DNA of 64,000 bases from the NCBI GenBank assembly GCA_023231475.1, contig JALJEE010003038.1, positions 62,001 to 126,000 of the forward strand, read 5' to 3'. A program made the translations under genes and the position numbers. The notes beneath the pieces were generated by a model that had not been told where the DNA came from, did not search any database, and worked only from the letters and a program-made list of their open reading frames with translations. Source of the DNA: Seison nebaliae. Taxonomy: Eukaryota. Below are positions 27,581 through 40,614 of this stretch, piece after piece (the first letter of the stretch is position 1; the number at the start of each line of letters is the position of its first letter).

Positions 27581-28367
27581 ATGAAACGGTTTCATATTTT
27601 CAATTTAATGAAATAAAAGTTTGAGCCGTATTCATTTGAAAATGTCTTATGAAAACAAGACATATTGAGAAGAATAATAAATCTTGCTTCATTGTTTATC
27701 AACGGAGGTAGTTATTTCTCTTTTAAATACTTTTTTTATGAAGAAAGTTAAATTACAGTTTCATATGAATGACTTCTGTCGAAATATAAAAGTGAAAAGT
27801 TTGACATCAGAAGGAAACATGTTCGAGTATTTCTCTTATTCTCATTGTTTTCGATGGACGTAATTCGAACATTCGTCATTGTCGAAAATGGTACGTACAA
27901 CAAAATAAAGCATGCTAGAGAAATTAAATGAACAAAAGCTATAATTTGAAAAGAGAAAGAAACAGTTAATTTTCTAAAATTTTCCCTTACAAATTTCCCA
28001 TTATCGATTAATTGCTTCTGAGTTCACTCCTTTAAAATTTGAAGAATCGAAAAATTCTATGATTCTATCACATGATGTGTTTTGCCACTGCTGTGATGTG
28101 GAGTTGACAAATGAGGAAGGGATGTTTATGTAAATTTTAGTCGAATCATTACTAGAAATTCTGTATAAATGAGACGCGAGAAGTCAATTGCTAAATAAAT
28201 ATATTTATTTGAAAATGATAATTTTTCTTCGAATCTCTTCGTAGAATAACAGAAATTTTCCCATCTCTCAGATATGAAGCGTACACTTGTCAACTGTACG
28301 TTGTCGTAGTTGTGGCAGAATAAAAGAGAATTATAAATTGATAATTAATTCTACAGACGGGTAGATA

Positions 28368-30349
28368 ATGGAGAATTCGAAGCCACGAAGTACGTCTGAA
28401 GTTGGAGGGTTTGGGAAGAAACATTTCGGTTATGACGAAGAGACAGACAGTTTTATCGACAATGAATTGAACAACAATCGAAGTAATAATAATTCTCAAT
28501 TCAATTTGAAAGAATATAAAGCTGTCGGTTATTTTCTTCGTCTAAATTCTAATGAATTCCAATTGATATATTTGAATATTATTTTCAAATAGTTTATTCT
28601 ACATTGACATTGACGCCCCAAGTGACAGTTGTTGAAGATAAAGAGGATGAACCAACAAAATGTCGATTATCTTATGGATGGGTCGTTGTATTGGCTTCAT
28701 TTGTTAGTTGATTAATAAAAATAATTAATGATAAAATTTAAAATTCAATTTATTTTACAGTTATCTAATGTAATTGTTGATGGATTGTTATATGCATTCG
28801 GTGTATTGTTGGTGGAATTCTCAAATGAATTTAAAGCGAGTCGTGCCGAAATTTCCATCATTGGCAGTTTGGCATGTGGCACTTATATGGTCATCGGTTT
28901 CATTTTTTATTATTTATTATTATATTTCTTTATAGGTCCCGTTGTGGCTAGTGTGACTTCACAATATGGTTGTCGTGTCGTCGCTTTCATTGGAGCGATA
29001 ATCGCTTGTTTAGGCTTTCTCATCACAGTGTTTGCCCGACAATTAATATTGCTCTATATTGGTTACGGTGTTATCGGGGGTTAGTTAAACTGAACTATCA
29101 ATAATTTGTGAATTATTTCAATTATGTGATTGTTAAAGGAATTGGCTTTGGCTTAATTTATATCACGTCAGTGGTGGTCATTCCATTACATTTCAAAAGT
29201 TTTGCGAGACAAACTGGAATTGCTGTATCTGGATCAGGTGTTGGAACCATCATCTTTCCTATTCTCACCGAATATCTGATTTCCACTTATGGATGGAGAG
29301 GTAATGTCTTATTAAATTTAATTGCTCTTAAATAATTTGGTTTTGAAGGAACTCAATTAATCTTTGCAGGAATCATTCTCCAATGTGCGATAATGGCATG
29401 CTTCTACATTGAACCGAAACATAAAGCGACGAGTTCCTCCAATTTGAGTCAATTCAATAAAATGGCAAATGAGAATAGAAATCTTCATTTTGAGAAGAAT
29501 AATGGACAACTCCATCGTTCATTATCTATTATATTTTATTTTAATAATTTCTCTTTCAATTTTCGATCATTCAAGATCGAACAATTTCGGAGAACATTCG
29601 ATTTCAACCAGTGGTCAATAAACAACGAGCGGTATCATTAAATACAATTCATATGAATTTCTACAGTTCAGAGAATATGTTAGTTTCATAATTTTATCCT
29701 TTTTATCGTCTATCGATTTAGTAGTGATGGAAAGAAGAAAAGGAAGACAAGTATCTTGACGAATTTGTGCAAGTTGTCTCTGTTGAAGAATCCGGCGATG
29801 CTTCTCATTTTCTTCGGGAATCTATTGAGCATGGTGGGCTATTTCGTTCCCTACGTCTATATAGTAGATCGTGCAGTACAAATGAATGTGGAGAAGAGTA
29901 AAGCGTCATTCTTAATTTCTATCATAGGAATAACGAATACTGTTGGTCGAGTGATTGGTGGGAAGTTGTGTGATTATTTTCCTGCCATTCATATCAATAA
30001 TATTTCTTTACTTCTTACTGGACTCGTCACCTTGGCAATGCCATTCTATACCAATTATAAATTGCTCATGTTATACAGTGCACTCTTCGGTCTATTCATT
30101 GCACCACATATTTCCGTATCTTCTACTTTACTCTCGGATGTCACTCATGGTAAAGATATCGCTCATGCTTTTGGAATTCTTACTCTCGCTCGTGGATTAG
30201 TAGGATTTTTCGGGAGTCCATTAGCTGGAGTTGTTTATGATTTAACAAACAGTTACAATTATGCTTTCATGTTCGGCGGTTTTTGTATTATCACATCTGC
30301 CATTCTCCAACTCTTCATCGTTTTCATTATGAAACGAGAGAAGAAATGA
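28368..30349 (+). CDS. Monocarboxylate transporter (SLC16/MCT family, MFS), multi-exon
   Basis: Spliced motifs YGWVVVLASF, YAFGVLL, GPVVASVTSQYGCR, GIGFGL, TGIAVSGSGVG, YGWRG and GITNTVGRV; about 12 TM segments; short GT-AG introns. Confidence 0.93.
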
Positions 30350-30580
30350 AAAAGCTATTATCGAAATTTAATAAATTTGTTTATAATAAAATTTTATTTT
30401 TTGTTTATAAAAAAATTTCACATTTAAATTTAATCAGGAAAAAATTTTCAATTAATCAAATTAGAATAACTAACAATAAGTGGATAAAGATAAATGAGAA
30501 AGCAGATTAGAGAAAATTTGAAAAAGGCAAATTCAGTTTTCTAATTTTTTCAGTTGAAACGTTGAATATTTAGTACGTTG

Positions 30581-33500
30581 ATGGATAGAATTCGGAAGTA
30601 TGTTGTCTGCTTAGTTTACGATTCCAACACGGATCGAGTGTTATTGAGACAATTCTCAAATCATGGTCTCTGGTATCCTTACGATGAGTTGGTAGGAAAT
30701 ATGTCGATCTTCGATTCTGCAGCTAAAATTATACATAAAGTTTATTTCGATTCTTATTCTGACATTTGTTAATTGTAAGTGTGAAGCATCTTCAAATGAA
30801 TGTAAATTTTTGTCGATCAATAAGGAATCGGTCGACAGTTCAATCGGTTTCCACTTTGAAGAATCTCGTTTATTTCATTGTTGGATATTTGCAAGGAGAA
30901 TATAAATTAATCAAGAGTAGTTTCACCACATCATCCTTCCTTTTTTTACGAGTTTTTCTAGATTATCATTGGCTATCATTACATCAATTGAAAATGTTGG
31001 GAAAGAAGACAAACGGAATGCATCTGATGGGAGGAGAACCGATTATTATGTGGAGTAGTATGGTCAACGGTTTCTTTCATTTCCAAGTAAAATATCAATC
31101 TCTTTTTAGCTTCTAACAATATTCAGTTTGCTATGACGGATAACGTTAAATTCCGTCAATTATCCAATAAACAGAATACTGCAATTGATCAATTAATATT
31201 CTCATCGAAAATTCCTAAATCAAGTTTATTTGAAATAAGAACAATATTGAATTACATTTAATTATAGCTCAGGATCATATTTGTGATCTTTTCTATCATG
31301 TCACCTTTCCCAGTGAATTCATGAACTTTAAAAGATTCACAGTATTTTTCCAGAGTTCCAATTATCTCGATAAAGATAATTTGAGGAACTATTTTCGAGC
31401 ATTCGACTCGTACGATAACAGTTATCTGTCATTTCAAGATTTCTTATTAGGTTTCCATTAATATCTGTCAATTGAAAACGATTTTCTTTTCTATTAGGCA
31501 TTTGTGCTTTGGAGCCTGGAACGCAGCATGGTGGAAGTCCGGCTGAACAACGTTGTCGATATATTTATCGATATTATAATACCGGTTTCCCACAATCGTT
31601 ACAATTCGAAAATTTCTGGTTATAATAATTTCATGCCAATCGATTTTATATAATTTATAAATTGTAGTAAAATGATAACAGATATTAAAATGATGAAGAA
31701 TGAAGAATTTTGTGATGTTAATGCTGAAGCGATAACGAACTACAAGTTGATTTATTTAAAATCATTTTCAAAAATTTTTCTCTTTTTTAGAGTATTTGAA
31801 AAAACACCACAACAACGATTGAGTCTCTCTGAATTCTTGGGCGGAGTTGGACAATTGAAATTTCGAGGGACGTCCGTACTATTTCGATCCAACTTTTCCA
31901 TCAATGAGAACTTCGATAGTGAAATCGACGTTATGAAATCGAATAGGAAATTTACGAAAAAGTTATCGCAAGTTGACGTAAGAAGTGATAGAAGTGATTC
32001 AGCTTCAAAGTCCAAACCACCGAAAGCATTGGCACCCACACCTAATATTCGTAGTGAACATCAGAATGATGTGGAGACACATTTTGAGACAGTCAATCCC
32101 GTTTCATCTAATAAATCGAGTAATAAATCCAAAACTGCCCCAAAAATAGAGAAACAGAACGATGTGGTTGTTAAATCAGCAATTCAACATTTATGTGTGG
32201 ATCGCAACGACAATCATGTTGCAAAGACAGAAGACGAAGATTATGGTTTAGCTACTCATTGCGTGAAAATTAAGAATACTGGAGCGTTAGTCGATATATC
32301 AGCACTTTGGGATATGGAGAATGTGAGTGCTATATCGGGAAGTGTTGTCGGATTCCTCGGACAACAAACACAAGCAAATGGACGAACCATGTCAATTGAC
32401 ATGTTTAATCAAGTTGATTATTTCGATTTATTAATCTTCATTTTTATAAATTCGTTCTCATCAGAAATCGCATCATCATGAAATGATTGCTGGTTTGAGA
32501 TATTTTGAGCGAACAATTCGTGAACCAACGGGAGCAGTGAAGAAAGCATATGAATGGGGTAAAGTTGATAAAACTGCGATGGCTAAATGTCTATTGACAT
32601 TGTGCAAAGATGTTACTAAAGTATTCAAAGCCGAACCGAGAGTTCTAAGAGTAAATGCGCCCGCATATGTTCTAGGTTCAAATTCAATTTATTAAATATT
32701 TTAGATAGAAATCTTTAAGGTGACTTACATGGAAATTTTCATGATCTTTTATGTTTCGAGAAAGCTTTATGGAGATTGGGACCTCCTTTGACACCTTCAT
32801 CATTCGTCTTCCTTGGGGATTATGTGGATCGAGGCAATGATGGTGTGGAGACGGTATCATATTTATTTGCTCAAAAACTTTTATGTCCATCAAAATTTCT
32901 TTTGGTTCGTGGTAATCATGAAATTCGTTCTGTTCAAGATATGTTCCATTTCCATGAGTTATTTCATTGCTTATTTTAATTAAGGAAAACTTTTCTTAAT
33001 TTAGTGAATGTAAACGGAAATTCGGAGCATCGTTAGGAGAACATGTGTGGGAGGAAGTGAATGCGGCATTCGATTGTATGCCACTTGCAGCGTTGGTAGA
33101 CAACAAAATATTTTGTGTTCATGGAGGTATACCATCTCCTGGTTGCATTAATGATTATCGAGAGATAATTTCTGGTATCGAAAATATACAAGTTCCATTA
33201 AAAGATCCAGAGAATGAATCCCAATTAGCATGGGAATTAATGTGGAATGATCCAATGTTAATTTTCTTTTATATCTTCATTTTCATATCTTCATTTTCAT
33301 ATCGAACTTTTTAGTATAGATCCGATAACTGCGGCAGCTGAAGGACTATCTGATTTATATAGTCACGCATCATCATGTGAAGAAGATACTCGATTTGTCA
33401 AAGCTGGATTTCATCCGAATTCCCGAAGATCAACCGGTTATTTTTTCAACGCAGATGCACTTGAAGAATTTCTAACTAAAAACAAATTCTCCCACGTTGT

Positions 33501-33669
33501 TCGTGCACACGAAGTGCAACAAGTCGGTTTCAAAGTTCAGCTAAGTGGAAAACTGTTAACGGTTTTCAGTTCGTCTCATTATTGTGGAGGAACGAATGAA
33601 GCGGCATGTGTATTGATCGATTGTCAGAAGATGAGACTCATTCGATTAGACACTCAATCAACCAATTAA
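30581..33669 (+). CDS. PPP-family Ser/Thr phosphatase with long N-terminal extension including an EF-hand-like region, multi-exon
   Basis: Catalytic motifs [43 protein letters not shown] and [12 protein letters not shown]-hand-like [21 protein letters not shown] near 31390-31450; stop TAA 33667-33669. The 5' end is less certain. Confidence 0.9.
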
Positions 33670-33771
33670 CTCATGTCCATCAACTGAATAAATATGAAAA
33701 AAAACTTATTTTATTTTATTTTATTTTTCTTGGAAATTATTTCCGAATTACTTTGATAAATATTAAAAATT

Positions 33772-34707
33772 TTAAATATTTTTCCATTTCTCTAAAATCG
33801 ATTCATATTTCTCATTAATTTTGTGCAGATAAAATGACGGTACCAATTTATTAGAACTTGTCTTCCACCAACCATCTGGACCTGTTGAGATGACTTCATA
33901 AAGGAATCCTGCAATCAGTGAATCTTCGTCTGATTTACTGGCACTTTTCGTCGTATCACTAACATACCATCCATTATCTGATTTATTGAGAAATAGCACA
34001 TCATTATTCTCGAGACATTGTGAAGGAATGAAGCCTTTGATGAAATTGTCTTTTTGTATTAATGCCCAACCACGATCACTCGCATCTAATACTATAACAT
34101 GATCATCCGATTTCACTTCGATATCTTTCGACTTATATGGATGTCTCACAATTAATCTCCTCTTTTGTATTGGTGAGGATATTAGACTGGATATATCATT
34201 TTCTATCAATTCCTTCTTGTCAATTATTTGAGATTGAAGATCAGTTGATGAATGAAAAGAAAAAAATTCAAATAAAATATTACAACATAAAATGGAATCA
34301 TTACATTTCATCAATTCCATCAAATATTTTTTCAACAAAGGAAAACGTTGTTCCGCTATCTGTCTCTGATGACATGTTCTTAAGAATACTTTTGTTGGCA
34401 TTAATGGTATATTCATATCGTTCACATGATTAATCTGTCTCGGGAATAATTTCAATAATGAACACTAAAAAGACGACATATTGAAGATGTTCAATAATAA
34501 TTAAATTAACTTGAAATTCATAAAATTCATTGTAACGACGAAAAATTAGTGACCGTCTCCCACCAATCCATCGAATGAGCAAAACATATTTCTTATTAAA
34601 ATAAACAGAGTTATTTCTCCTTAAAGTTTATTAAGAAAAGAAACATAATGAGTCGATGGTGTGCGACATTTGATAAATTCTAATAATTCTATATTGATCG
34701 GTTTCAT
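33772..34707 (-). CDS. PX domain plus tandem degenerate SH3 protein (p47phox/NOXO1/Tks organizer family-like)
   Basis: Three exons by eye: ...PSTHY / KYVLLIRWIGGRRSLIFRRYNEFYEFQ / LLKLFP...IPLMP...IAEQRFPLLKKYL (PX), then VLDASDRGWALIQ...GFIPSQCLE and EVISTGPDGWWK...LVPSFYL (SH3-like). Confidence 0.75.
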
Positions 34708-35421
34708 TTCTTTCCATCACCCAAATTTCATTTTTGTTTCATGGAAATTATAAATATTTATATTGATGATTCCATTATTCATTAATTTCTATTTAAATTA
34801 TTAAATATTTCCAAATAATTATTATTTCTTTCCAGTAAACAAATTCGTTTTCAATTAATTCTACATAATCAAAAGTTTAGATAATGAAGCTTTCTTTCAA
34901 TAGGTGAGAGAAATAAGAAAAGTTTATTGGAAGAATGAAGAAAGAGAATTTGATGATAAGTGATCGAGTCAAAAGACAAAACATAAAAAAAACAGAAAAA
35001 TGGGGAAGAAAAAAATAATCCGGCTGCATATTTGAATTATTGAGATTTTTAAAGAAAAATATGACGAACATATTTTTCAAATGATTATTGGACATTTGAA
35101 GATTTGGTGTAAGAAAATTTATTGTAAAATAAAACTTTCTATTTCTTCTCATTATTATTTTGTTATTAATTATTGTGTGTTATATTAGTTGGATGATTAA
35201 GTGTGTACCGTTTGTTGTATATGGGCGAATGAGGAGAGATTATAGAAAGGAAATATTAAAAGATAATTCAAGTACGTTCGTTCTGCCTCTTCTACCGTAT
35301 TCCTAAGAGAATTATTGATTTTTCTTCCAATTTTTCCCATTTGTAAACTTCTTGGCATATTTGGAATAATAATAAATTATACGTCTTTTCTTCACGTCAG
35401 TATTCGCAAATCATTTCTCAA

Positions 35422-36212
35422 ATGAGTAGTTCTGAAGAAGTTTCTTGGATTTCTTGGTTTTGTGGATTGAGAGGAAATGAATATTTTTGTGAGGTGGATG
35501 AAGATTATATTCAAGACAAATTTAATTTAACTGGATTATCCGAACAAGTTCCTCATTATCGTCATGCACTTGATATGATTCTCGATTTGGAACCAGGTTA
35601 AATTTCCATTTACCATCTCATTGTATCTCATTGGGAAAATAAACAGAAGAGGAATTGGAAGATGATCCCACTCAAAGCGATCTAGTCGAACAAGCGGCGG
35701 AGATGTTATACGGATTGATTCACACTCGATATATATTGACCAATCGAGGAATTGCACAAATGTTGGAGAAATATCAAAATGGTGATTTCGGATATTGTCC
35801 ACGAGTTTATTGTGAGAACTTACCTTGTCTACCATTGGGACTCTCTGATATTCCAGGTGAAGCGATGGTAAAATTATACTGTCCAAAATGTATGGACGTC
35901 TACACACCACGAACAACTCGTCATCATCATACGGATGGAGCATATTTCGGAACAGCCTTCCCTCACATGCTCTTTATGGTTCATCCAGAAATACGACCGA
36001 AAAGACCCGTAGCCCAATTTGTGCCAAGGTTAGAAATTTTGATGAGAAATGAAAGAAATTTTCATTATTTTCATAACAGAATTTATGGATTCAAAATACA
36101 TCCAACGGCGTATACTCTCCAATATCAAGCAGCAATCACATTCGCAAACAACAATAAAGACAAAGAAGGATGTATCGCCAGTATTTCGACAATTAATCGG
36201 CCAGTGAACTGA
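35422..36212 (+). CDS. CSNK2B: Casein kinase II beta subunit
   Basis: [36 protein letters not shown], zinc finger CPRVYC...[15 protein letters not shown]; introns about 35598-35647 and 36029-36079. Confidence 0.98.
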
Positions 36213-36591
36213 TAATAAGAATGGTAATATTAAATTAAATTCCTTAAGTATTTCTCCTTCCTATGTTTTTCCTTTAAATTCATGTATCTTTATGTTAATT
36301 CTTTAAAAAGACGAAATTAGTTGTTCTATTGTTCATTCATGAAATATTCGAGTCAAATGGTTGTTTGATTTACCAATATTTCTCAATATTTCAATTTCAT
36401 TTCTGAATGAAAATACACATCCAAAAATCTTTTCTTCATTTTTTTCAACAATGAATTTCCAATAAACCTTAAACTAAGATTCTAATCAAACATTATTTCC
36501 ATCATTTCTCAACAATCTTATTTATTAGCTGCAGAACATTTTGGATGAATAAATTTCAAAATGGAAAATTATCATTATTCTCCGAAACAAC

Positions 36592-39309
36592 TCATCGGAT
36601 TCTTGGCATAAAATTGAAAATGTCATCAGTAATTTTTAATGATTTCCAATGATCGAAATTTGGTTTATCTAATGTCGTCTTCTGTGCGGATGATTTTACT
36701 TGTCGTTTCTTTGTTATTGCCGGTTGTGGATTGACGACCATCGGATTCTTTTGTTCGTAAATAGTAATAGCATTTTTGACCAATTCCAAATTATCTGAAT
36801 ATCTATCATCGATCATTTGAGTTAATCGTCCATTCATACTCAATTCTAAACGGATTTGTACTAATCGTTTCAAGAAAGAAAGAGTACCATCTTTTAACAA
36901 TCCCCCTTGAATCCGTATAAAATGGAGTTGTAGGGCAACAGACAAATCAGCCCAAAAAGAACATTGGTTGTCTCCGGTCGATAGATTAGCCATAAAATGA
37001 ACATCAAATATCTCTGAACAATTTAACAATTGACTTTCAAGTGTTGTCGAATGGGCGGCGACCGCCGAACTTTCCATTCCAATCACTTTCTCCTTAAACG
37101 TTTCTAATTTCTCCATTCGGATCAAGTTCATTTCTTCAAAAAACTTTCGCCATTTTATTATCGATCGAATAGTATCATCAGTGGTCTGATCTAAGAGTTG
37201 TTGAACCATCATCATATTTTGAGCGAGATGCTGATTAGCTTTAAAGTGTTCAGCTTCAACTTCTACTTCATTCGTCTTCACCGACGCCACTTTCTCACTA
37301 CTCTGTTGATCATTACCGTTACTCTTATCAGGTGAACTGGCAGTACCAGGTAATTCTTTCCCGATGAATGATTGATATTTTTCGAAAGACATACCGAATA
37401 TAGAACCATTAATTTCTTGATTCGTTTTCTGTTTATTTTCTTGAACTATGTAGACTTTGGGACTTAATAGAACTGCCAATTCTGTCCATTTATTCTTATG
37501 GAAAGCATTTAATGGATTGATCAATAATTTAATTTGAGGATATTGATCAACAAGTGTTCTATAAAAATTTATCATTTCATCAGCCGATTTCCACGATCCC
37601 ATATATTGCTCATATCTCTGAGTTATTGGATCGAAAGCTCGATAATTCGAACAAACGAGACCGAGTTTTGGACAATTTGTTGCATCTAAAGTAACTAGAA
37701 TATTATTGATCGTTTCTAATAATACTGAAATGGAGTCGGCAGTTATCTCCAATGTAAAATCATCTGTCAGTTTAATATTCTATTTGAAAAAATTTAAAAT
37801 AATTTTAATGTAAAATTAATTTAACATCTTTGTTTTGTAGCGCTTTATGAATGGAAACACAACTCATTAAAATGTTTTCCGTTAATGTTGTGTTGGAGAA
37901 TAAGAGAAGGATTTCCGAGAAGATTCGCAATTTACAGAACGGATTAATTTTCATTAACGTCAATACTGGAGTTGGCATATACAACGAAGGTTTTTCCTTT
38001 CAACAACATATTAGTAAAATGAAATAATAAGTGAAATGTAACTTCATCTAAATCTTCCGGTTCTTCCGTCAACTTCAGATATTGTCCATGTAACGTTTCG
38101 TACAAAGGTTGAGGTCCCAAATTCTGATGTTCAGAGAAACTGTTATTCAACAGAGTAAAATATCTGGTAATAGCCCCATAACATGTCGACATTCTGTGAC
38201 ATGCAATCGGTTTATCTTCTTCTATTTCTTGGACGACTGCACTCGCCACTCGTTGAGCTGAGGCTCGTTTGGAACGTCTACAAATTAGCAAATTATTAAT
38301 TTCATCAACGACTCATTTAATTCTTAATAGTTAAGATGTTTTCTTTTTTCATGCATAAAGAAGCGTATACATCACATGAAATTCATCTTCACAATTTATA
38401 CCTGGGGGAATTATTATTGAAAGAGTTTGTCAAACTATATTGATTGAAACCAAGTCTCATTCGACTCGTGTTATTCAGTCGAATATTGGGACGATTATCC
38501 ACTTTCCTTCCACATTAATTCAATCAAATTTTATAGTTCTCATTTTTTTTAATTTTGTGATAATCACATAGTAAAATTGATGAGGAAATTGAGAAATCGA
38601 AGAAATCCTTTTTAAAAACAAATATAACTTGTTAGTTGTCTGTCCATCTTTCTCTTGTCTCGATATATGTTTATGTGTTTGCGAATACAAATTATATTTC
38701 TTCTCTTCATTATCTTTTCCATTTTCGTAAAGTATTCTAAAATCTCTTAAAAGAAGATAGTTGAAAGAAGATATCTTACTTGATTTTCTCACTTAATCGT
38801 TCCTCATTTATTATCTCGTCTTGTAAGGTGGGGATCCAGTCTTGGACTAATGTTTCGTGGATCTCGGTCATCATCTTCTTTAATCCTTCTTCACCACCTT
38901 CACTTTGTTCTATGACGCCTTCTATAGGAATGATTATGGGACCATGACGCTAAAAAATATTTATCGTTCAAATTTTATTCGATTAATTAACTTTCACTTG
39001 ATTTCGATATTCAACATTGGTCAAAAAACTTAATCCATATTTATTATGACCAATCAATTCCAATTGAACAATTTGTTCTCGAATAATTGGAGGATTGCAC
39101 TCCCTCAACAGATAATGAGCAATATGGGCCAATATATCATTTGGCTGGTCATAGAACGTGCAATTTAGAATCTCTTCAAGTGTCGAAAGAATTTTATGTT
39201 CCTGAAAATACTCGATCGCTTTACCAGAATGGCCTTCCGTTATGTTCTCCTTAAACTTTGCAACATGGTCTTCTGAGATCGATGAATTCTGATCGCTCGT
39301 AAGTGACAT
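36592..39309 (-). CDS. ENO4: Enolase-4-like protein, multi-exon
   Basis: N-terminal AIEYFQEHKILSTLEEILNCTFYDQPNDILAHIAHYL segment typical of ENO4, then degenerate enolase motifs (KSADEMINFYRTLVDQYPQIKLLINPL; ADLSVAL..FIRIQGGL). Confidence 0.75.
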
Positions 39310-39531
39310 AATTTCTATGACGACAGTTTTTCTAGTAGATGAATTAAATTGAAATTAGGATAAATTTTATAATGAATTTCATAAAGAGAATATGAGAATT
39401 AATAAATTTTCTATTTAAATTTTAAGTTTATTCCTTTTCTTCAAAGATCGAATAATTTCCATAAAAATGGTCTAATTTTCTAGTTGGACGATAATGATGT
39501 AATGAAAATGGAGAAGAAACAGAGACACATT

Positions 39532-40218
39532 TCAGAAAGGAGCAGAATGACTTCCTCTTAGTTCCGTTTTCTGAGCATCATCCGATACATTTGTCAACGA
39601 TCGTGTTTTTTTTGTCAAATTGGACTTTTGTTCGTCTTTCGCTAATGTCGTCAGATCGTTTTGTTGGCGAGTAACGGCGATTTCTTCTTCATCGTAAAAT
39701 TGTTTCAATAGTCTCAGTTGGTCGATATCCTTTTGATTAATTGGTCCCAAATCTTTCCTAATTTTTTCAAAGGTATTTTGTCGAGCGAATTGTTGGAGTT
39801 GGAGAAGGAAAGCCGGATTTGGTCGAATTTGTACTCGACGAGCCTTCACCATTTTGATGACATCCACCCATCTGAATTGAGAGATACATGTTAGATAAGC
39901 TATGACTATTGTTGCACTTCTCGATACTCCCACTAAACAATGAACGAGAACTGCTTTATTTTTCATTCGATATTGATGAATTAATTTGATACATTCTTCG
40001 AAATATTGACTAATATTCGCGTCGACCGTATCATCGATACTAATTCGATGTAATTTTATTTTATTTGCACGATGAACTGACGAACGTCGTTTCTCCGAAC
40101 CAGAAAGAAGGCGAATAATTAATTGAATGTTATTCTTCTCAAGAAATGATTTGGAATATGAATCTTTTATATCTCCAATGAACAAATTATCGATAATTTT
40201 TGATGGACCTAAACCCAT
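39532..40218 (-). CDS. Atypical dual-specificity phosphatase, DUSP22/DUSP15-like
   Basis: Intronless 228-aa ORF; MGLGPSKIIDNLFIG N-terminus (Gly2), general acid in IDD, active site VHCLVGVSRS, AYL and IRPN motifs. Confidence 0.92.
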   Translation of the reverse strand: MGLGPSKIIDNLFIGDIKDSYSKSFLEKNNIQLIIRLLSGSEKRRSSVHRANKIKLHRISIDDTVDANISQYFEECIKLIHQYRMKNKAVLVHCLVGVSRSATIVIAYLTCISQFRWVDVIKMVKARRVQIRPNPAFLLQLQQFARQNTFEKIRKDLGPINQKDIDQLRLLKQFYDEEEIAVTRQQNDLTTLAKDEQKSNLTKKTRSLTNVSDDAQKTELRGSHSAPF

Positions 40219-40544
40219 TGAAATGATTGTTCAATCAAATCAATGAAATTAATTTTCACTCCCTTTCTCTGTGTTTGGTGAAGAGATGATGTTGGGAAAT
40301 CTTTAAAATCTTTCTGAAACACAATTGAGAATGGAAATTCAAATGTTTATCCGTAATCTTTCTCTTGTCAGTTGATTATTTTTTATTTCTATCTCGTATT
40401 TTATTTAACACAAAACAATAGTTGAATGTTCAAATTCGGAAACTAATAAGAGACTTTCCTTTCGTACTCATTAGATGAATTTTGAAACAATAGAATTCGT
40501 AAAAAAGAGAAACAAATTAAATAATAGAAGCAATAAGATTAAAG

Positions 40545-40571
40545 ATATATATATATATATATATATATATA
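40545..40571. repeat. (TA)n microsatellite in desaturase 3' flank
   Basis: TA dinucleotide run. Confidence 0.9.
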
Positions 40572-40614
40572 CGGATTATATATCAAATCATTTTGGTTTC
40601 CACATTCGATATCG

